Below are positions 51,301-57,300 of a stretch of DNA of 64,000 bases, in pieces. The notes under the pieces were generated by a model, which was not told the origin of the DNA, did not search any database, and was given only the letters and a program-made list of their open reading frames with translations. Source of the stretch: Clostridia bacterium (lineage in GTDB: Bacteria > Bacillota > Clostridia > Christensenellales > CAG-917); the NCBI GenBank assembly GCA_017618055.1, contig JAFZVB010000014.1, positions 263,663 through 327,662 of the forward strand, read 5' to 3'. Both the position numbers and the translations under genes were made by a program. Every line of letters begins with the position of its first letter. The stretch's first letter is position 1.

Positions 51301-54300
51301 TTTTCTAATTTGATTACTAAATCTTGAGTAATAGGAACATCATCAACTGCTTCTACACCAATCATATAACTACTTCCAGTAGCACCTCTTGCATAAGCAG
51401 CTGTTGTAACATAGTTTCCTACACCAGTATCAATCTTACCGATAAGACCACCAACATAAGATGTACCAGTAATAGTTGCTGTATTTTTGTACCATCCAGA
51501 AATGGATGTACTTACATATGTCATTGCATCACCAGAAGTGAATGCATTATTGTCTGTTATAGTTATTGTATGTCCAGAACGAGATACTGTTCCGTAAATA
51601 GTTGGAATAAAGTATTTTGTATACTCTACTTCACTTTCTGTATATGTTATTGAATAATGATGTCCTGGGTTGACTGTATCATCAACAGCTACTGCAGTTG
51701 CGCTAGCCATACCAGAAATTGCATTATCATAAATCTTAACATCTTCACTTGCTGTTGGGAATGTGGTCATATAACCAATAATTCCACCAACATAGTATAC
51801 TCCAGCTAAGTTAACTGATCTTGTCCATGCAGTGAATGTGCTATTCTCACCATTTTCTATGGAAATACCTGCGCAATATCCAACAATACCACCAACATAA
51901 CTACCTGTTGCTCCAGCATGTACTAAACTTGCAGTTAATGTGGAAGGTGTAAATCTAAAGTAAGAACCACTATCACTTCTTGCTGTAGATGTTGTTTGAG
52001 AACCGGATGCATAGATATAACCAAATGCACCACCAACATAACTTCCGCTTGTTGCAGTAATAGTGCCACTTAATGTTGAATTTGTGCCTATTCTAATTTC
52101 AGAGCCTTTGCTTGCTCCAATATAGCCACCAACATAATTCTTTCCAGTTACACCACCAGAAATTGTTAATTGTGTTATTCCTGTTAATGTTCCACCAACG
52201 TTTCCACCAATGAAACCACCAACATACTTACCATTTGAAGCATTGCCGTTTACTAATTTATTATTAGAAACTGCACCTGTAATTGTTCCTTCGTTATATC
52301 CAACGATACCACCTACATAACTACCATTACCAGTTACACTAGCAATATTTGCTGGGGATTGTAAGGAGCAGCCTTCCCAATATAGATAATACCCAACATA
52401 ACCACCAACATAACTCTTTCCTGTGATAGTTATTGCTGAGCCATTTTCAGTGTTAGAACAAGTCTTAATTGTTCCACGCCATAATCCAGCTATACCACCG
52501 ACATAACTATTTGTTGCAGTTGCAGTGACATTTGCCTTATTTACACAACCTTCAATAGTTGGATGATACTCCGCATATTCAGGATGTGAGGAATCTGTAT
52601 TATCATAATAGAATGTACCTATAATTCCACCAATTATATATGCCCCACTAACCGTTCCATAATTTTCACAGTTTTTAAGTGTTGTTGATGTCATTCCAGC
52701 GATTCCGCCTACTACTGTTCCTTTTAAATAAACAGGTTTATTTGCATTAACAGTTCCGCCAGTGCTTGTTACATTTCCATAGTTTTTGGCTCCTACAATT
52801 GGTTGTGTGGTTCTTCCAACTATTCCACCAAGTGCCGCTTTTCCATCAACTTTTCCATAATTAGTTACTGTTATTCCAGATACATTCATCGTTCTACTAC
52901 TCTTATACCCGAAAATTCCACCAGTATATGCACCAGTATTAAGAACATGCCCTATTGTTGCATGATTTATATTTGATGAATCTCCATTTATTAATGAAAC
53001 ATTTGTTGCAAGATATCCATTATAAGCACCCATTAAGCCTCCGACATAACTTCCTGCTCCAGATATCTCACCTGTATTTGAAATTGAGCCCTCTACGTAA
53101 CTTAAACTATTGTTACTATATCCAACGATTCCACCGACATATGTTGTACCAGTAATTGTGGCTGTATTTTTAACATTTACAAAACGAACTGCACTACTTG
53201 ATTCAGTTGCATACAAATAACCAACTAATCCACCAGTATATCCTTGACCAGCAACAGATCCTGCAATTGTAAGATTACTCAAATAACATGTTCCAGATGC
53301 TCTCATATAGCCAATAAAACCAACACTATATGAAGAATTACCTCCTGCTGTAAACTTGCCAGAGCCATTATTTGGATAGAATGTTCCGCTTACAGCATCA
53401 TATAATCCAATAGCACTATCGCTTGTTCTTACACATGGAATCATATCAAGAGTTAGAACACCATTATACTTCATCCTGAAGCCGTATAATCTTGCTTTTG
53501 CATAGTAACTGCCACCACCATATTGGAATAAATATGCAGGTCTAACATTTATAGTTTTGGTTGCGAATTGAACTCCATTAGTTGTAACAGCACCAGTGCT
53601 CTTTGTATATGTTGTAACCGCTCTTGTTGTTGCAGATACAGTACCTGCAGTAGTTGATTCAGCATTTGTCCAAATATTGAAGTATGGCCTACTTGAATCG
53701 CAGAACATCTCCCATCTGTTTGTACTTCCGCCATCCTGGTTTCCTACAATACACATTTCACTTGAAGTAGCTGTATATTGACAATCTATTTCCCAATAAT
53801 CCCAGTTTACATCAGGGATATTGATATATTGTGTTCCTGTGGCTTCTATATATTCAATTGGACGATAACCACTTGTGAATGAATAATTCGTTCCGAGTGT
53901 GATTGTTCTTTCAGTATCTGTTGAACCACTCTTTCCATAAATAGAACCAGCAAAACGATATGTGGCATCTTTACCAATTCTAAATCCCGTATATCCAGAT
54001 ACATTTAGATTATTTGTTATATGGAATATACCGCCAGCATATGAAGATGCTGTACATTTTGCAATATTATCTGTATATGCAGCATCTTGATATATACTTC
54101 CCCAAGATGCATCACCATTTGTACAAATATCATATAGTCTTATTAATTCATATTCATTACTTATAATATAAGGAGAAGCATCTGTACCCCATACTTTAGT
54201 TCCTGATGCTGGTCTTCCACTATAGTCATATTTTGCCCATGCATAGCAATAATCCTTAGATCCTGTTCCAATGTTTCCGGAAGCATTTGTTAATGTGATT

Positions 54301-57300
54301 TTAATTTGCAAAACATTATCTGACCCACTATTACCTGAATATGCAATACTTAAATCGCCAGTTGATAATAAATCTATATCAATGATTTTATCACCATCAT
54401 TCTTATCAATTAAATAGAAATGAAATTTGTTAGCTTCTTGTCTATATATTGAATAAGGCTTTGTTGGAGTGCTTTCTTGTTTTGGGAAAGCATATGTTAA
54501 TGTTGTTGAAGTTCTACTTGTGTTTTCTGCGGTATCACTATATAAAGTTATAAAGTCATGAGGTGATGATGCGGAATAATCTCCACTAAATGCTACCTTA
54601 ATATTATCAAGTGGTAATTTTTGGATAACACATCCTGATGTATTGTTTGAAATACCTAATAATGCATTTCCTGTATAAGGATAACCAACGACCCTATAAG
54701 TACCAACATTTATACAGTCTGTTACTGATGCATTGCTTGAATTAAAATATTTAAATTCCTTAGAATAATTTGGCACAGGTGTAGTTGCAGTTGTGAATGT
54801 ATCAACGTTATGTGCACGTGTTGTATAATAAGGATTAATAGCATTTACTGCCAAATCTTTATATTGATCTAAAATATTATTATTTGGAGTAGAAGATGCA
54901 TAATTACATGTTAATGTCAAATCAAAAGAAGTTGTGCTATATACAACACTACTCTTTGCAACAGAAGAAGTATACCCTGTGATTGTTTGAGCATTAGGTT
55001 GAGTATTTGATGAACCAATTGTTAATGAGCAATAATGGTTATTTGCTATAGTAAGTTTTGCTGTATAACCATTAATATTACTTGAAACAATATTCGTCCA
55101 TGCAGATGTCGTTGAACCATCTATTATAGGAGTAATTACTATTCCAGTTGGATATGCAGCATAATACCAATTTGTCCCACCAGTCTGAGCTGCTGGACTT
55201 GCTACTGAAGATTTAAATATTGTTATTGCTTTTGAACTTGATGATGGATTCCCAGAGCCCACGGCTTTATAATATGTTGTTGTAACATTATAACAATGTG
55301 TTAAAGTAGGGCTATCGGCAAGATATCCAACTATCCCTCCATAATTAGAAGATGCTGAAATTGAACCTTCGTTGTAACAATAATTTAATGCTGTATTCCA
55401 ATATCCAACAATACCGCCAATATTGCTACTTGCTGTAATTGTTCCTTTGTTATAACAATTAGAAATAACTGGAGAATTGCCGGCATAATATGTTCCTGAA
55501 ATACCGCCTACCCCAGTTGCGTTGCTATTTGAAATATTACCCTCGTTAAATGAGTTTTGGATATTACTAGATGTATAACCTGTTATTCCACCTATTGCAT
55601 ATAATGATGTAGGGATCTCACCTGATCTAGCAGATGTTGCTGTTGATGTAACATTTCCAAAATTCTTGGCATTTTTTACAACATTTTGTACTCTTCCTAC
55701 AATTCCACCCAAAGCTGTTTTCCCTGTAACAGAACCATAATTTATTAATCCAGTAACACTAGCAGTGCTCTTATCAAAAAAACCAAAACAACCACCAACA
55801 CTATCTTCCGTTCCAGTAATGTTACCTATTGTTGCATGATTTTTATTTGCAGATGCTCCATTGGTTATTGTTGCACTATTTCCAAAGGTTCCATGGTATT
55901 GTCCACCAATACCGCCAACCATTCCCGTGCCGGTAATCTTTGCATTATTAGTAATAGTACCACTTAAACTACCACTCGCATTACTATAACCAATAATACC
56001 AGCAGCTTGCGAACCAGTACTTGTTACATTTCCAGAGTTAGAACAATTTGAAATAGCAATGCCTTCTGAATAGCCAGCAATACCACCAATACTTCCTGCA
56101 CCATTTATTGTTGCTGTATTTGAACAGTTTGAAATGCTTGACAAACTGTTTCCAAAACCAACTATACCACCTGTACGAGAGCCACCAGTCACGGAGCCTT
56201 GTGTTGTAATATAACTTATGCTTGCACCACTAACATAACCGAACAAGCCAACATTAGTTGTTCCACTCATTCCTATGTTCAAATAAATATTTTTATTACT
56301 ATTGCTGCCACCATAAATTGTTCCAGCAAAATAATGAGTATTATCTGTTCCAATTCTAAATGTGATTGGATTACCCGATGAACCAATATTATTAATTATG
56401 GTAAAATAACATCCGGAATAATTAACATTTCCACTTCCATCGGCAGTCGCAACAACATCACTTGCTGTTATACTTCCGTTATCACAACCAACAACACTAT
56501 TAAGTGCATATGTCTTTCCGCCATTTACAATTTTTGATAAATTTTCTAAATGAGTTTCATTCTCTATTCGATAAGGGTTTGAAGAAGTCCCCCATTGAGT
56601 CGTATTATCAGATCTTCCGAAATCTCCTTTAACAACTGAAAAACTTATGGAACGTGTCCCACGAGTCGTATTCCCATATTTTATTGCAATAGTAGCAGTA
56701 TAATCACCGGCAGTTGTTGGCGCTGTTGTACTACTTGTTCCATTATATGTGACATATATAGAGAACCCACTCGGTAAATCATAAGCAGTAATATACGATG
56801 ATTTATTTTCCAATACTTGCAATGTCTCATTGTTATAGTTTGAATAATTATGTCCATTAAAAGAAAATGGAATAATTGCATAATTTGCTACATAATTCGA
56901 TGTATAAGGATATTGATTTACCGAATCCGAATATGATGTTGATGTCGAGCCAGATTCTGTTGTCCAAGACCAGTTTTTAAAATAATAAGGAGTTACTGCA
57001 GTAGTAAAAGAATTTGTTCCCATACTTGCATCGGTGTTTGCATATGTGGTTTTACTTGATGTTACTGTTCCAGTTCCAGAAGGAGACACTGAAGCCGAAG
57101 GAGATGGACTATTATTTAAATATAAAAACATACTTATGTTACGGAATCCGCCGGCAATCGCACTATCCGAAATCGCAGCAAAAATAAATCTAATACCAGT
57201 TGCATTATCCGGAATTCTATATGATGAATTATAACTGGTTGCCCCTACACTCTGTGATGTTCCTCCATCTGACCAACTCGAACCACTATGAGCCAATCCA

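Larger units (their letters stand above)
43600..56590 (-). repeat. GLUG-motif cassettes 1-4 of the giant protein (protein-level repeats; approximate bounds)
   Basis: Cassette openers: WGTSSNPYRIENETHLENL (~56,580), WGTDASPYIISNEYELIRL (~54,190), LPLSIPDKATWIEYAAKV (~49,950), GTEFSPYVIQNGIDLLGL (~48,130). Each is followed by runs of xVGGIVGYxx units spaced about 20-25 aa apart. The DNA copies are degenerate, so these are not identical repeats. Confidence 0.6.

Noticed and set aside
37079-57234. About 25 plus-strand ORFs of 60-160 aa listed inside the giant gene (for example 47227..47715 and 46780..47160)
   Set aside because: All are antisense to an uninterrupted 21.6-kb ORF. Their products are Val/Pro/Ile-rich mirror images of the Gly/Asn/Thr-rich repeats. 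None has a convincing RBS.
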